From an uncultured bacterium (GTDB lineage: Bacteria; Fermentibacterota; Fermentibacteria; Fermentibacterales; JCC-6), in assembly GCA_964604135.1 (NCBI GenBank), contig CAZRXU010000002.1, positions 636 to 64,635 on the forward strand: a stretch of 64,000 nt of DNA, written 5' to 3'. Position numbers and translations under genes: made by a program. The notes beneath the pieces are model-generated. The model saw only the letters and a program-made list of their open reading frames with translations, searched no databases and was not told the DNA's origin. Shown piece by piece: positions 63,090 through 64,000 of the stretch (within the stretch, counting starts at the first letter, position 1; each line of letters opens with the position of its first letter).

Positions 63090-63769
63090 AACAAGTTGTG
63101 ATTATTGATGATGAACAGGATATAAGAGAACTGGTAGAGCTTCACCTGAAAAGGGCAGGCTTCAGTACAGTTTGTTTCGAGAATGGCGGCGACTTTTTCA
63201 ACTGGCTTTCTGCGGGGAATGAGCCGTCTGTGTGTATTCTGGACATCATGCTTCCGGATATGCAGGGAACGGATATATGCAGAAGAATAAGGTCATCCCA
63301 ACAACTTTCCACTCTTCCGGTAATTATGCTTACAGCCCTTGGTCACGAAACAGACAGGGTTGCCGGGCTGGAACTGGGTGCAGACGATTATGTAACAAAG
63401 CCTTTCAGCCCCCGGGAGCTTACAGCCAGAGTAAGGGCAGTTCTAAGAAGGCAGAGAGCAGCTTCAGAAAACAGCAGGCTGCTGTGCGGGGCTGTTGAAA
63501 TGGACACTGAAGCTTTCAGGGTTAAAGTGAATGGAAAGAACACGCAACTGACTTCCACAGAGTTCAGGATACTCAGAATACTTCTTGAGGGGAATGGGAG
63601 AGTATTTTCCCGTTCGAAGCTGCTGCGTATTCTCTGGGGTGGCGAGAAGTTTGTTTTTGAAAGAACCATTGATGTTCACATAAGAAACATCAGGGAGAAA
63701 CTGGGCAGTGCTTCAAATATAATACAGAATGTAAGGGGTGTTGGTTACAGGGCGGGAGAGTCGGACTGA
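63086..63769 (+). CDS. OmpR/PhoB-family response regulator
   Basis: Receiver VVIIDDEQDI...ILDIMLPDM.G....R......P.IMLTA.....R..GLELGADDYVTKPFSPREL. Winged helix VHIRNIREKL....IQNVRGVGYR. ATGA overlap. Confidence 0.92.
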   Translation: MKQVVIIDDEQDIRELVELHLKRAGFSTVCFENGGDFFNWLSAGNEPSVCILDIMLPDMQGTDICRRIRSSQQLSTLPVIMLTALGHETDRVAGLELGADDYVTKPFSPRELTARVRAVLRRQRAASENSRLLCGAVEMDTEAFRVKVNGKNTQLTSTEFRILRILLEGNGRVFSRSKLLRILWGGEKFVFERTIDVHIRNIREKLGSASNIIQNVRGVGYRAGESD

Positions 63770-64000
63770 TGCCGAGGCGGGCTCCGTCACTGTTCCGGTC
63801 TATTCTTACAGGTTATGCCTGGATCGTTGTTCTGCTTGCCACAGGCATATCAATTCTTGTTAACACATCTTTCAGGTCTGCCTTTAGAGAAAGGGCTCTG
63901 GAAGACCTTACCAGATCAGCCTGCGCCCTTGTGCCAGCTGTTCGTACAACTGTTTCCGATTCAACAGATTTTGCTCTGGACTCTCTGGTCAGCGAGGCAG
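63769..64000 (+). CDS. N-terminal part of the cognate sensor histidine kinase (3' end outside the window)
   Basis: TGATG overlap with the regulator. MPRRAPSLFRSILTGYAWIVVLLATGISILV is a TM segment. Kinase identity is inferred from position only. Confidence 0.55.
   Translation, partial: MPRRAPSLFRSILTGYAWIVVLLATGISILVNTSFRSAFRERALEDLTRSACALVPAVRTTVSDSTDFALDSLVSEA

Overview
This is a 64-kb bacterial chromosomal window with about 50% G+C by eye, densely coded, with many 1-11 nt start/stop overlaps. I saw no rRNA, tRNA, CRISPR array or obvious IS element. The gene content points to a diderm bacterium, possibly related to the FCB group: five proteins carry T9SS-type C-terminal sorting domains, and there are C25 peptidases, Omp85-type barrels and an MglA/MglB module. 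Taxonomy cannot be settled from this sequence alone.

Contents from left to right:
- M16C/PreP-like metallopeptidase, an outer-membrane barrel, a PAS/GAF hybrid histidine kinase and an SNF-family transporter.
- hicAB followed by two translationally coupled unknown genes.
- A secreted protein interrupted by one in-frame TGA.
- A patatin-Omp85 fusion and two C25-like peptidases.
- A six-gene MglA / Roadblock / PATAN / V4R cluster that also contains a DnaA-like AAA+ ATPase.
- AddAB-type helicase-nuclease genes, gmd, DUF1015 and sat.
- A low-GC islet carrying a radical SAM/SPASM enzyme.
- SppA, then a glycan-biosynthesis/export locus of about 18 kb that ends at a response regulator / histidine kinase pair.

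The most interesting signal is not in the supplied ORF track, which lists only ORFs of 60 aa or more. Four nucleotides downstream of the radical SAM/SPASM gene, on the same strand, lies a 46-aa ORF at 39217-39357 (-). It encodes MSNIVKTGMVDSCHCHQAVCGPDCHCFQAVCGPDCHCFQAVCVQNG, with 9 Cys and 4 His in three iterations of a CHCxQAVC module. The DNA is a 33-bp tandem repeat, and its only two inter-copy differences are synonymous in this frame. I read this as a candidate, apparently undescribed, RiPP precursor-maturase pair.
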